From assembly GCF_038025025.1 (NCBI RefSeq), contig NW_027117341.1, positions 868,001 through 932,000 of the forward strand: a DNA stretch of 64,000 bases. Reading direction: 5' to 3'. The position numbers and the translations under genes are program-made. The stretch is from Phyllosticta citribraziliensis (Eukaryota). This document shows, one piece after another, positions 50,206 through 64,000 of this stretch. The stretch's first letter is position 1. Every line of letters starts with the position of its first letter. The notes beneath the pieces were generated by a model, which had not been told where the DNA came from, ran no database searches, and was given only the letters and a program-made list of their open reading frames with translations.

Positions 50206-53200
50206 ATGACGACGGTACGGCAGCTTCACCCGCAACCGCTGGCTTCACATCATCTTGGTCGCAATCATTCCCACGGATCCTACAACTCCGTGCCCGTTTC
50301 TCCTCGCTCGCGCAACGTGGCCGACACCGCGCCCCGACATCGCCCTCAGCATTCACAACAACTTCCTCAAAACTACGCCTTGCCTCTCCAAAAGACCAGT
50401 CTGCTCCCATTCCGCGGCTCGCCAAAGCAAGGTCATGCAAAGTCCGAAAATTCCGAACACATGTTGCGCCGCAAGACACCCAACGGAATCCTCCCCGCCG
50501 CCTACGACGGAACTTCGATGGAGCACATTGAAAAACCGCACGCCATGAAGCATATTCTCCTCCCCGTCTCTGATCCTTCAGCACTGCCCTACGGCCCTAC
50601 TCAGGAGTTGCCACTCCGCACGCCAAGCATGCTTCAACAGGGGTCCCAGACCCAGATGAATCAGATGCGCCAACCGCAGCAGCAGAGGCAGCAACACACG
50701 CAGCTGCTGGCCGGCGATGCGTGGGATCCAACGGCTTTGCGTTTTGACCCGCCAACCGCGAGTCGAAAGCAAGGCCAACAGTTCCATCAGATCGACTCCA
50801 TGCTGAATCAAGTGCCAACTCCGCAGCAGCTGCAATACCTCCAAATGGTCCAATCGTTTGGGGGAGCCATGCAACCTCCAATGCAAAGTCCCCTGGGTCC
50901 CACCGTGTCAAACGAGACCGGTTTTTATGGTCCGTATTGGCCAGATGGAACCTATGTGCCGTATCGGCCCGCCGCCATGAGAGACCCTCGATACAACTCT
51001 GCATCCTTGTCCCCTTGGTTTCCGCAGGAGTCCGGTTATGCAAACAAGATCGGCAACACATGGTCAACTTCGGGGAACCCGTCCCTCGGCATCAATCAGC
51101 ACCACGCTGCGCAGCTCATGTCCGGTCTGAACGCTGGGGTTACAGGATACAACGCAGGGGCCACGTCATATGGAAACCCGGCCTTCCACGTCCCAAATGA
51201 CCAGGCGTGGCCTTCCGCGCCCCAGCTCTCCGTGCAATTGCCTCCTACTTCGCAAAATCTGTTTCTGTCCGGACTTTCAAACAGACTCGGGTCAAACAAT
51301 TACCAGCGCCCCTCTCTCTCGCACCACTCCTCGTCATATAGCTCCCACACTTCAAACTCCGCAAAACCAACGCCCATCGCATCGCCTCTGACGGAATTCG
51401 GTCCAGAGGGAGAAAGTCGAGAAAAGGTCCTTGATTGGGCACATCAGATATACATCGAACTTTTGAACTACCTCCATCAGTCGAGAAGACACAACCAACA
51501 TGGAAGACATGGCCATTTTCAGTCACAGCCAAGCATCTTTCCTAAACCTCCGCGACACTCGGGAGGGAGTTTCGCCAAATCTAAACACTCTAGCCATAAC
51601 TCGGTAAGTAGCGATCCAAGAAGGCCATCCACGAGCTACGACTTTCCACGTTCCGAACCAACCTTGCGACCCCACCGATTCGATTCATTTCCCACAACTC
51701 CTGGACATGACTCTCGTCATCACCATCGCTCATCATGGCAAAAACAGGTTGTGAATAGTATTCCGCGCTCTGAAGCAAAAGCATCGGATCTGTACAATTT
51801 GATTCCGAAGCTCTCGAGCTCGTCGATTTCGTCCATCTATCCCCAGCTTGGCCGCGACCTTCCGTCGTTGTCTTTTCAGGCTCTCGACCGAATCACACAT
51901 TTCTGTCAGGAGAGCAACTGGACTTGGATTGACGGCATCTTGGTGGGCGGTTGTTTAGCTTACGCGCTAGGCGACCACCAAAAGGCGCTAGTATGGTATT
52001 CGAAAATTCTGGATGTTGATCCTCAGTACGTCGTCCCTACCTCTCGCGGACGAAAGCTGACAATTTCTACAGTCATGTAGAAGCTCTTTCGAATGTGGCA
52101 GCAACCTTGCATTCCCTCGGTAGGAAGCAGGAGGCGGAACAGCATTGGTGGCGCGCCATTCGGCTTCGACCAACTTATTTCGAAGCTGTCGAGCATCTAG
52201 TCCAGCTGTTGTGTGCAGATCATCGTAACAAGGAAGCTATTCGCATTATCGAATATGTCGAAAACAATCTCCACATGTCGAAACAACCAAAGCACTCCGC
52301 CGACGCCAACCTTGCCGATCAACACGCGCATGTCCAAGGCGACTACGGCTTCTCTGATCAGGAGTCAAGCTTGGACAGGAAGGATGCAGGCGACTTCCCT
52401 GATTGCGATTCTCCTGGCTACGGTTCAAGTGGATATGCCATCCCAGGGTCAGAAAACGGCCGCATGTTGTCGCTTGTACACGCAAAGGGGAACTTGTTGT
52501 ACAGCCTGGGTGACAATGCCGGAGCTGCCAAGGCATTTGAAAATGCCGTGCTCATCAGCGCGGGGATCCGGGGTCATGGAGTCAATCGACTGATCAAGCA
52601 TATTCTCAGAGTTGTTGACGAAGATGAGTACGGAACCGCGCATCCGGGAGCACACATTTCAAACTCGAACGAGCCAATTTTGCTTCCACCTGTCGCGGCT
52701 CTCAAAACCGCCCAACTTGCATTTCCGAACAACGGCGATCTGCCAGGCCTCCGTCACATCCCGCACAAAGGCATGTCTCGCAAGGCCGCCGTTTCTACGA
52801 CGAGTAATTCGCTGCTCTCATTGGCAAAAATCTTTCAAGATGGCATGGCTTCTGGCCAACCCAAGGCTCCATATCAGTCAGCTTATGGCGTCAGGGAGAT
52901 TCTCGCACTCTACTACCTTTCCCTTTCTCTTCAACCAAGTCCATCTACCGCCAACAATGTCGGAATCCTTCTCGCAAGTGTACAGCAAACAATGCCACCG
53001 AAAAGGATTTTCCAAGATCCGCAACAGACAAGAATTCCGGGTGTCGTCCCAGGAAGTGGTATCGCTTTGGCTCTTGCATATTACAACTACGGCCTCAACC
53101 TCGACGCAACTCATGCACATTTGTACACTAATTTGGGCAGCTTGCTCAAAGACCTTGGTCAGCTCAAGATGGCAATCACAATGTACGAGCAAGCCGTACA

Positions 53201-55380
53201 TTGTGACGGCAGTTTTGACATTGCTTTGGCTAATCTTGCGAATGCTGTCAAAGATGACGGCCGAATCGCTGACGCCATTGTCTACTACAAGCGTGCGGTC
53301 AAGGTCAATCCAGAATTTGCCGAGGCCGTGTGTGGTCTTGCCAATGCGCTGAACTCTGTGTGCGGTTGGTCCGGCAGAGGTGGTATTGCCGACGAGGGCG
53401 GACGGCGAGATCGCTGGCACGTGGACGACCAGGGAATGCTGCTCGATGCCACCATGCCCGGAGCTGTCAGTTCAGGCTGGCTCAAACGAGTTGTCGATCT
53501 GGTGGAGAAGCAACTTGCAGAAGGAGAAGACTGGGGGCGCGGCACCATGACTTCTCACTTCTTGGAGTCGGCGCTCCGGGTCCTGGTTCATACCGGAGCT
53601 CCAACACACGAAGACATTCATGAGCGAATGGAAAACATGAAGAGGGTATTGAAGAGCTGGGCAAATCACAAATGGGAGGGACATCGCCTGGTGCGACTGG
53701 TCGAGCGAGCAACCCGAAGAGTCGCGTGGCAATGGTACCAGGACAGATGGGTGTCAGGAAAGGATCGTTCGCTATCACATTACCGTCGCCCACGCCTCCC
53801 GAGCAGCCTCATCGTACCCACCGCCCCTACCATTCTTCCGTTCCACACCTTCACATGCCCTATGTCTGCAAAGCAGATCCGCCTCATCTCCCAAAGAAAT
53901 GGTCTCCGCATTTCCGTCTCAACCCTAAAGGCTCCGTGGATGCCATCGACCGTCTACGAACCTCCGCCTCCGCCGAACCCATACCTCAAAGTTGGCTACG
54001 TCTCCTCCGACTTCAACAACCACCCTCTCGCCCACCTGATGCAATCAGTCTTTGGCATGCACAATCGCGCCCGCGTAAAAGCGTACTGTTATGCCACGAC
54101 TATGAGCGACAACTCCCCGCATCGTCAGCAGATCGAAAGAGAGTCGCCTGTCTTTTATGACGTACACTCTTGGTCCACCGAGCAGCTTGTCCAGCAGATT
54201 GTCAAAGATGGCATCCACATTCTCATCAACCTGAACGGGTACACACGAGGAGCTCGCAATGAAGTGTTTGCGGCACGCCCGGCTCCCGTTCAAATGTCCT
54301 TCATGGGCTTCGCCGGCACTCTTGGCGCCGAGTGGTGCGACTATCTGCTGGCGGACGAGACCGCCGTGCCTCCGTCCACTTTGCGCCCCTGGAGACGGAA
54401 TGTGGACTTGGAAGATCAGCTGGTTGATGAAAACAGTGGAGGTGACCAAGACGACTGGGTGTATGGCGAGAACATCATCTACGCTCGCGACACATTCTTC
54501 TGCTGCGACCACAGGCAGAGCGCTCCGGACGCCCACGGAGAACAGCTTGATTGGGAACAGGAGCAGTACAGACGATGGAAAATGCGGAAAGAGCTCTTTC
54601 CTGACCTGCCAGACGACGTGCTCATCATGGCCAACTTCAACCAGCTGTACAAGGTAAGCAACAAACATCTTGCTATGCTTGTCTCAAATGTTCTAATCAT
54701 CAAACCAGATCGAGCCGACGACATTCCGCACGTGGCTGCGTATTCTTGCCAACCTCCCGAAGGCTGTCCTCTGGCTTTTGCGATTTCCAGACGTCGGAGA
54801 GACCTACCTCAAGCAGACCGCGCTCGCCTGGGCTGGCCCTGAAGTTGCGTCGCGTGTGATCTTTACCGATGTCGCTCCGAAGAACCAGCACATCTCCCGC
54901 GCACGAGTGTGCGATCTGTTCCTAGACACGCCCGAGTGCAACGCTCACACGACTGCGGCCGACGTCCTTTGGTCCGGAACACCGCTTCTCACTTTTCCCC
55001 GTTATTCGTACAAGATGTGCAGCCGCATGGCGGCTTCCATTTTGAAGGGAGCATTGCCAAACAACGATGCCGGCCACAAAGCCGCGCGGGAGTTGATTGC
55101 CAAGGACGAAGACGAGTACGAGAGGTTTGCGATTCGTTTGGGTAGCAACTGCCGCTACGAGGGCCACAGAGTCAAGGGACGACTAGCTGACCTGCGGAGA
55201 CTGTTGTACGAAAGTCGATGGCACTCTGCGCTCTACGACACGAAGAGGTGGGTCATGGACCTTGAAGAGTCATATGAGAGGGCGTGGGACAGGTGGGTGA
55301 GGGCGGAAGGAGGAGATATTTGGCTGGAAGGCAGCAGACCCCGGAACAGCATGAAGGTTCCGGACTGGTGGCGCGGATGA
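50206..55380 (+). CDS. OGT: UDP-GlcNAc:protein O-GlcNAc transferase (GT41, TPR-containing), ~1690 aa
   Basis: Exons 50206-52025, 52073-54653 and 54709-55380 join in frame. Long disordered N-terminus, then TPRs (HLYTNLGSLLKDLG, ALANLANAVKDDG). GT41 catalytic motifs: LKVGYVSSDFNNHPLAHLM, HILINLNGYTRGARNEVFAARPAPVQ, NFNQLYKI, DLFLDTPECNAHTTAADVLWSGTP, SRMAAS. Confidence 0.95.
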
Positions 55381-58300
55381 TCCATTAAATTCAGAGCCCG
55401 TCAGAGCTGGACGGTCATGCCTGCATCATCGGGTCACCATGGACGTTTTTGCGCCCTCGAGCGCCTGCTTGCGTCACACTCTCAGTTTGAAGTTTCAGCC
55501 TCGATGAAACCCGGTCCTCGGTTTGCTGGGCCGACGGTGCGTGTGAAAGACGCCATCCCTAGTACCACGGCCACTTGCTCACTGTCTTGCCTTTCGTTCA
55601 CGAACCTCCGGTCCGCCGGACATTCCACGTGGCGGGCTCTTGACGCCACGGACTCAAAACTGCGCACACTTGCTGTCCCGCGATTCCACCTGACCGACCA
55701 ACCTGTTGTTATCGGCGTTTCCGGGACACGAACGCGATCGATTTGTTGTTGCTGAACCGACTGCTTTGATTGAAACCCATCGCCCCAGCGTTGCATTATA
55801 CCCCTGAAGCCGGCACTCTTGTTGTCTTTCGGGACCGAGAGGACTGCTCTGAATCAAGCCAGGCACCGGCATTCGCTTCTCTTTTTTCTCTTTTTCCTCT
55901 GTTACTTCCTGTTTATCTGGTGGGACTCGGTCTCCTCTCAGCAAGCTTGCTTGTTGACGAGTTGGCCGATAGAATGGCGACAATCTAGGCGTTAGAAATT
56001 CTGGGCTTTCTACCTATCGTCGATCTCCTATCCTACTCGTGGTTGCCTGGATATCAGAGAATGGTGGGCTCTCATGTATTGCTGCTATTTGCTGCTGGGG
56101 GTGGACTATCGTTTGCATCTGATCCGTTTTCGTGCGCCTGTCCATCTGAGTGGACTCAAATGTCAGGCGTCGTTGTCGTTTTGCGCGGCGTCGTCACTCG
56201 TCTCTCACGTCCTTTGCTCCTGTGTCGCTGCTCGTATATACCACCACCTCGTCGTACCATTGTCGATTTTCTATATGTGCTTGCTGCGTGTTCAAATTGT
56301 GCGGCCCTTGTGAGTGCATGTTGCATCTCTTTCTCCCTGGGTCGGACGTCGGACCCCTCTCTACTTCGATTCGACGTAGTCTCCCATACCATCACGCATT
56401 CCCACTCCGACCTCTTGCATCGTATTGATGGCCAGACTTTCACACTGCAGTCTCGAACGAAGCTCTGCCCACCCATGTCGGAGACGCCTGCCTCTTTCCT
56501 CGTCTGCTTCTCTATCTCTCGGTCTGACCCGTTTCTATCTGCCGCCCGCCCTCTCTCCGCGCTCGCCTGCGGACATCAGCTTCGGCTGGCTGAGATCATG
56601 GGGAAGCTTTCGAGCAAAAGACGAGTAAACACACAGGATTTTGAATCGGAGCGATCAATATTTGGAAGCTTCTACGTCGTTCAGCACGAATCAATTGTTC
56701 GATCCCATCTCAGAGTCTTTGACTGTCTTTGTCCAGCAAGATTTCCCTCACCGTCTCAAAACATCTTTCACGTCTTCATTTCCGTATTTCATGTTAGCTC
56801 CCGCACATCACTTGGGGATAGATTTCGATATTGATGTTTTAGCTTCCCGAACGATTCTCCAACAGACTCAAGGTCATTCACTCAAGTCAGCTGCGCAGCT
56901 TCTGCTGGAAACAAAGATTCTCAATCCCATGACCGTAGGTATTACACTCTCGTCACGCCGCGCCGCCTTGCCCTGACTCAACTTCACTGACTCTGCACTC
57001 ACTCACAGTACACACCCTCTCGACCTGCTCCGCATTCGCAAAGTCATCTAGCCAGCCATCCACTCAGCCACCAACACCACAGCCAGGGCGAGTGCACCCC
57101 AAGGGCAGCAAAGAACGCACCGGGCAGCCAAGGCTGACAACAGCAGCAGATAAACAGCCGGCCAGCCAAAGAGCCCAACAAATCCGACAACGCCGACGGA
57201 ACAACAACCCACGAACCCGGATAAGACCGATTCAAAAGGCTACCTACCAACGGCAACAACCACGCCTCGCACAGGAAAAAGAACGGCTCGAACATCAACA
57301 CGAAAAAGGCAATCACGAGAGAAACTAGCTCGGCTCGATGGACGGACTGGAGCCAATCGACTCGTCCAGCCGCCGCCGCCCCGCCTGTGCGCCACTTGTC
57401 GCGCCTCACGAAAACGGCGAGCGCCGCTGCTGCGGCGTCTGTGAATGCTGGGCGATACGAAGGCCAGGCCGGCCGGCAGGCAGGCAGACGAGCGCTGCCT
57501 TTGGCTGGGCTCACTCGTCTTGTTTCTGCCTCTGGCTCAATGAGGAGTGCGCGGGGAGGAGTACGGGAAGAGGAGATGGCGGCGAGAAACGTCCATGGCG
57601 GCGGCATGTCCGCTGGCTTGCTTGCTCGCTCACTCGCTGGGTGTGTCTGTCCCTGCACGCGACGAATCTGATGTGCGCGTGCATGTACGAGATGAGCTGG
57701 CTGGAAGGCTTTTCCCGCGAGGCTTCTGCGCGTCATCATGTAGTCCTACTCTTGGTTGTCGCGACTTGGGTACCCTGCGGCTGTAGACATTCACCACGTG
57801 CCCGCTCACAGAGGATCCGGGTCTCGCATCCGGGCCATAGAGTCTCTGTTGCGGCACCCACGGGGTGAGATAGATGGAGAGGGATAGTCATCGAGGAAGG
57901 AGACGTCAGTGTCAGCGGCTTGGCCCGTCGCAAATTTGGGACTGCACAACAGGCCTGGCGCGCACGGCGTTGAGGTGTTGGTTGGTTGGGTTGGTGGTTG
58001 ATTGAGATTCATCATCAAGCCAGTCAGAAAGATGGTCGGACGGACACGCGAGAGGGCTGCAACGCGCGAACTCAGACTTGATTCACTTCATGTTGACGGT
58101 GGAGTCCCAGGCGTCTCCATCCCTTTTTCCACTTCTTTCTGAACCCCAAGAAGTCAGAAAAAAAGAGAAGGAAAAAGAGATGCATCAGATGCCGTCAAGA
58201 GATAGTTTGGCTAATCAAACGGGCCAACCATCTCCATAAACCCTCCCCCTTCTCCTTGCGCTCCCATACTAGCATCACACATCGCTGCTGACGAAGGCAA

Positions 58301-61300
58301 TGGATGGGCACGGCGCGAGGCGGGTACCTACCTGGGCGCGCACACGCTCCCGTATCCGTTTTCCGAGCATCATTCACTTACCCCGCGGACTCGTAGTAGG
58401 CTGAGGCTGAGAGTAAGGCGTGAGCCTCTCCGTTTGCCAGAACCGGCGATGCTTGGGCGCCTTGCTAGTCCTCTGTCCGACTACGTAAATGACTGAGCAG
58501 CCAGGAGAGTGTGAGATGCGTTCACGGTGAGACGGCGGGGCTTTTTTGGTGGGCGAAGCGAAAGGATTGGGGTGGCTAATTCTAGGAGATGGCTTTGTGA
58601 TGGGCTTTATGGAGGCAGTTTGCTACGGCAGGGTGGAAAGAGAGAGGACTCATTGAAGGTGACTGATATCAAAACAATCAGGAGGATAAGGACGAAGGAA
58701 GGAGTCAGTGTCTTCATTTTTTAATGCACATTCTCAGAGATTTCCAGTCAATTTCGTAAAACAAAAGAAGAACAGAGAGTGAGCCACGCTTCAGCGCAAA
58801 GACGAGAGAGACCAAACAATGGGAAACCTGTTGACCTGGAACATTCTCCTTCGACAACTGCAATAGTGGAGCGAACGATATGAGGTCAACGGATGGCCGC
58901 AGAGGGCGACGCAACGCAACACGAGGGGACGCTTCAAGGGCCAAGCGGCGCAGAACTTGTGATGGAGCACGTCCGCAGGAGCGTGCCGGGGACTGGGGAC
59001 GGGCCGCGGGCAGTTCTGAACGCACAGCACAGGGAGTGGCGTCACATGTTGAGATCCGTTGCTCTAGATAGTGGCTAGGTAAATGTCACCGAGGCCAGAG
59101 AGAAGTAGTGTATGCATGCCTGTCCAAAAGTGAGGCGCTCTGCTCGGTTGGACGAGATGCAGAGACGGGACAAGGAGATATTGGGTTGCTGGGACAGGGA
59201 CAGGAAAGGACATTGCAGGAGAAGCAACAGGGCATCAAAAGGCTACCGGTCAAGCAACCCGCATGCCGCCATGCTGGTATATGGGACTGGTAGAGTAGAG
59301 AGAGAGGAGAAAAAAGGCCAGCAGCCAGCGGGAACACAAGAACAAACGGTGTCGAGTGAGCCCTACCGGAGCCCTAACGTGCCCCATGCGGCAAGCAAGC
59401 ACTCTAAATCCTGTCTCGAGTGCTGCTGTGCTGTGTTGGTCAACCATAGCACCGGGGGGCCGTTTGGTGACCACGACGACCCCTGGCGTCCCCTACCCCC
59501 CGGGCCAGCATGTGTGATACGACACGACGCACTGCGATCGAGTTACTGCGCGCTGTTCTGGACCAAGGTGCGGCCCGTACGGTAGCACCTGCGGGAGGAT
59601 GCATATGCTGGTTTTCCCGGTTTTTTGTTTTTTTCTCATCTACCACCGGCCATGCCCGTTTGGGTTCCCGCGGTTGCATGCGAACCGCTGTGTCGCACTC
59701 TCCGACCCAAGGGACTCGACTCCTGTTGTCCCCTTGCGTGCCATTCACCCCCTTGTACTTCGCTCCCCCCAACTTACCTGGCTCAGGGAAGGCCACGCCT
59801 GCATCCACTCCTTCACCGGTCTCGCCCCGAGTCGCTGGGCCTGCAGTTGGTTACTCGTCCGTCCCCCTGGCCTGGTATTCGGTTGGCCAGCTCCGGAGGC
59901 GAGGGCACCTTGCTGATTGCCTGCTTGCCTGCCTGTCTCTCTCAATCTGTTTCTTGACGCCTCAAGATCAAGTCGTCATTGTTCTCGCCGTCAGGCCCCC
60001 AACCGCGAAGTCCAGTTCACTCAGAAACCATCCGAAGGGGGGTACCTACATGCGTCCACCATTGGTCGATCCTGCATGTCGCTATGCGTGCGTGCCGTTC
60101 GTTCGCTCCTCTGTTTCGTTGGTCCACTCCCCAGCCCGTGACTGGTTGCGGCGTCCCGTTTCTTTTGTTTCCTCGTTGCCCCTTCTCTCGCAGCAATCGC
60201 TGTCGCCAAGGAGCGTTCGTCGCCCTCTCGCACGCGCATGGTCGCCTCGATACGAGATGCGAGACGCGCGACCTACCTGCTTCTTGCAGCGCAGCACCGC
60301 CTTGTACGACACCAGGTCGTCTGGCTATTGCGCGGCCAAGTCTGGACACCCCACTCTGTCTCTTCTCTCACTCTTTCACCTCGTTCCACCCCCGCGATGC
60401 GCTGAAAGCAAGCTTCGGGTGCGGAAGATTCCAGGAACGGAGCGGCCCCGGGCGTAGGTGCTCCTCGGGGAGGGGGGCAGCGAGAGCAAGGATTGGAGCG
60501 AGCAAAGAGACCCAGGCATTTGGATCGATCGTGTGCGTATCCTGCGCGCTGTGCCGAGTGCTCGCTTCGTTGCGAGCTCTGTATGTATGCATGGATGAAG
60601 AGGGGATCAAGGATGGATAATGGTTGGTTGTCTCGCGTCGTGCTCGAAGATGACTGTTTCAGCACGATGTCATGAGTGGAAAGGTGACAATCTCCTGGAA
60701 TCCTACTCTGTCATGTAAGCGAATTGCTCGTGGACGGAGTTTTCCGCCTTCTGGGTACTTGGTGGGTAGTGAAAACCGAAGTCCAAGATGGTGTGCAGCA
60801 AAGGGGCCAAGTGTGTGCGTGAGCTGTCTTGGAGGTTGCTTCATTTCAGAGTCAAGGCGATTTTGGTGGTGCAAATGGCCGCTGGACGAGGCTGCTGGAC
60901 GGTGATGACCGTTGGCGCTTGAGACATGCAGGAGCTCCGGCTAATTGCATGGCTGGCGGTTGAGCCATGGACTTTGGGATTTAGCCAACGGACGGGCGGC
61001 TTCGGACGCACAATGTCGTACAGCATGACAGCCCTTGGTCCAATCATCATGACGGCCTGCCTTTCTCGCCCAGTGACTGGCCATGCCGTCGACTTGTTGA
61101 GAGTAAAATGCAAAAGTGTGGTCTGATGAACAACAAAACTTGCATGCGAGCCGATCCATCCGGAGAGGGTGCCAGAGTGCAAGACGTGTAGGCATGTGCT
61201 GTACAAGTCGCCATGTTTGCTTTTTATGCTCTTTGCTTGCTGCATGGGGGCAGCTCTGCGCATGACCGTGCAACCTGCTTGTCACCATTGGAGCTCTCAC

Positions 61301-64000
61301 CTGCGCCTCGCCGTTCCGAAACAAGATCGCATGCCTCGCTCATGCCCATGCGACCATCATCTCACAGTGAGTGGCTTCTCATCTGGCATTCCGAGTGCGT
61401 AAGTCGCCACAACTCCCCAGTAATTGCAGGCCGAGGGGCAAGCACTTGCCTTGCCCACTTCTCCGTGGAGCCCGTGTGGGACGCATGCTGACGCAAACCG
61501 TCCGGCTTGATGCGCGAGGCGTCCATGGTCTGGACTGGAGGAAAAGTCTTACTCATGTGGGGGCAAGGATGGGCCCGTCGGAGTGCGTCCAGTACTTGCT
61601 CGTATAGTGCCATCATCGCTCAACAAAGCAATGCATTCGGGCAGACTGGCAATAGCAGTGCTGGTCGCTGGGGCACATCTGACACGCTTTGGCGGAGACT
61701 CCTCCAGCGCGAAGTGAAGGACTACGTCCCTCCCCACAGTGTTCGGTCCGTGGATAGCTCGGGAACTTCTGGATGAATTCGTTGCCATCAGCTTAGGCTT
61801 GCGACCAGCGAGTTCTGTATAGTGCGGCGACTTTGAGGTGCTATTCTGGGCCTGAGGTAACTTCATGCTATGGATCTGCGAATGGGGGTGTTCTTTCAGA
61901 GTTAAAGTTGACGAGAAGCCAATCGGTAATAAAACTTTCCAAGGGCCATAACCTTCAACGGTAAAAGTTGATTGTCCTGAGCACGAGAAGTCCAGTCAGC
62001 AGCTCTCCTCATAGTCCGGAGGCGGGCGCCCGCGCCCGCAACGCGGCTTGCTAGCTCCAACGTAATGAGCATTTGCACTTTTGGCTGATACCTTGCCAAT
62101 AGAGTGCCCCTGGATGCTCCGGGTACGTTAAGCTACAGGCCAACCTGCAGAGGAAAAGCTTTGGATAGCCGTTAGGATGGAAACATATCAAGGGTAGACC
62201 CATCTCGCATCGTAAGATGCCCCCTTGCCCTCTTGTCGTAAGGGGACGATGCGGCGGACCGTGTCACCTGTGGATAAAACCGATCAGGCCTTGAGTAGAA
62301 GGCGGCCAGTGGGTTTGCGGAGAAGATTCGACCAAGCGTGCAGCGACTTGGCCGAGAGCTGCAGCCGATGGTGTCAAGGACAGGCATGGCGCGGACGTGC
62401 GTGGGCCAGCCGGCGATGCTGCAGGCTGCCCTTTGAGTCGCAAATCAGCGTAGTGGTCGAGCAGGAGCTGCATTCTGGTCGCATTCGAGGCAGCCAGTCG
62501 TCGATGAGGGCGAATTTCCGCCAGCGGATGAAGTGACTTGAAACACTCTAAGAAATCTCCACACGCTACCAGAGACCTCACGAACGGAGGCTGCGAGGAT
62601 CTTGGCGAATCTTTTTGCGCAAGTCGCTAATGCAGGCCAGAGGCTTCTTCACCCTCATGCAGGCTCTCGTCTCGCCAGTTCCAGTCATGGACATCCGGGC
62701 CAGCCGACATGGACTGATTGATTCTGACGAGCCCGTGGACCTGGGTTGCCAACGGCTATCTCTTTGCCGCCTTGACCAGGTGAAATTAGATCTCTCCTCG
62801 GAGGACCGATCTCCTCGTATTTACCGCCGGGCAATCGAGCTTAAAGCTACCTCACAAAATGACCTGTCACGTTCGTTGTTTGCCGGCAAGTTGCAAGCTT
62901 GCAGCGGCTACTCGAAAAAGAAGCTGCAAACATCAATCCACAAGGGCCAACTTGCCATGAAAATCATTTGACATGCATCCATCGATCGGTGATGGAACCC
63001 CATGGACGTAGAAGCTTTATGAGGCAAACTTTGGATGTTTGCCACGACTCGGCGTTTCGTTTCTTTTGCGAGACTGAGACCAACGTGTGAACAGCTACTC
63101 AGTTTACCCTCCAATGTTGAGCGTAGGCTTGGGGAGCATTCATCCGCTATCACAGTTGCGCCAGACACACAATGAAGAAGAAGAAAAACATGCATCAGAG
63201 TAGCGCAAGCATCACGAGGGGCTTTTCCAGCGACAAGAAAGTCCTGACTGCTAGAGTTTCGACAAGCTTCTGACAAGCACTAACGAATACTACCGCACGA
63301 CAGCAGCACAACAAGAAAACGTAGCTCGTGCTTGTCAGATTATGCTCCAACTGATCAAAAACGATATTTGGTAGGGACAGAAGTCAGCCGAAGACGTCGC
63401 TCTACGCGGTCACAGTTTGCTCTGCTCCGCACGCGCGAAATATTTTGTCTCGCCAGACGCCTACTACAAGGACTCAACTTTGTCAAAGTCCAGTCGCGAT
63501 TTCGCGTCCTCTCCTCAGCGAAGTAACTCACATGACGTTGCGAGCGCTCTCACGCTTGTACGTGGCTTGCTCAAAATAGAGCACCACATGGCAGCCACTC
63601 GATGATTAGGGGGTTTAGTAGCGGCAGTAGGGAACTCGGCACACTAGAACCAAGGCAGGTAGATGAGCAACAGCGAAGATCCCAACAACTCGCACTGCGA
63701 CGTCCGTAATTAGACAGTGGTGAAGACATGTTCGAGAATCCATCTATCCAAGGGATTTGCATACTTCGTGGCAGTCTCCACCATATTGGCCTGTTGCGAG
63801 AGAGCTGAAAGAATTTATCTTGGCCACCCACTCCCGTGCCGCAGTGCATTGCCGGAGGCGCGAGAAAGCCACGCAGACGACTGACACGACGCGACCCCAT
63901 CCCATCCCTTCCATTCTCCAAGCTTCTTCCCCAAGCAGAGCACGTCAACGCCAACAGCGGCTCATGGCACAGCATCATCCCTCCAGAAGAGGTAGCCGCG

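Noticed and set aside
59510..60620. 315-aa and 213-aa overlapping plus-strand ORFs
   Set aside because: Non-ATG starts, Arg/Ser/Pro/Cys-rich non-protein-like composition, and no domains; likely chance ORFs in GC-rich DNA.
63604..63618. TTAGGG-like sequence as a telomeric repeat
   Set aside because: Single degenerate occurrence with no tandem array.

Overview
Eukaryotic DNA from a filamentous ascomycete, shown by GT-AG introns of mostly 45-80 nt with CTRAC branch sites and microsatellite-rich intergenic DNA. A Dothideomycete origin is my inference and cannot be proven from this window. I can support about 14 spliced genes. Core or conserved genes: ETF alpha (5' part only), RSC8/SWI3-family chromatin remodeller subunit, bestrophin/UPF0187 channel, mitochondrial alpha-ketoacid dehydrogenase kinase, PH-domain protein, a conserved coiled-coil protein, SEC62, RPL12 and a GT41 O-GlcNAc transferase. 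Accessory-type genes: a vanillyl-alcohol oxidase, a PDR-type ABCG transporter, a ketopantoate/ketoisovalerate-reductase-like enzyme, an A-T-TE NRPS-like enzyme and a MYND-DUF4470 protein. The best candidate for an undescribed system is the convergent pair at 22.9-28.3 kb. Its NRPS-like enzyme has Cys instead of Ser at the thioesterase nucleophile (GLCFG; apparent Cys-Asp-His triad) and an A-domain pocket that departs from the aryl-keto-acid consensus. It faces a 2-keto-acid reductase, with an ABC exporter 2.4 kb upstream. I found no tRNA, rRNA, CRISPR array or intact transposon. Exon coordinates were derived by hand from splice signals and reading-frame continuity.
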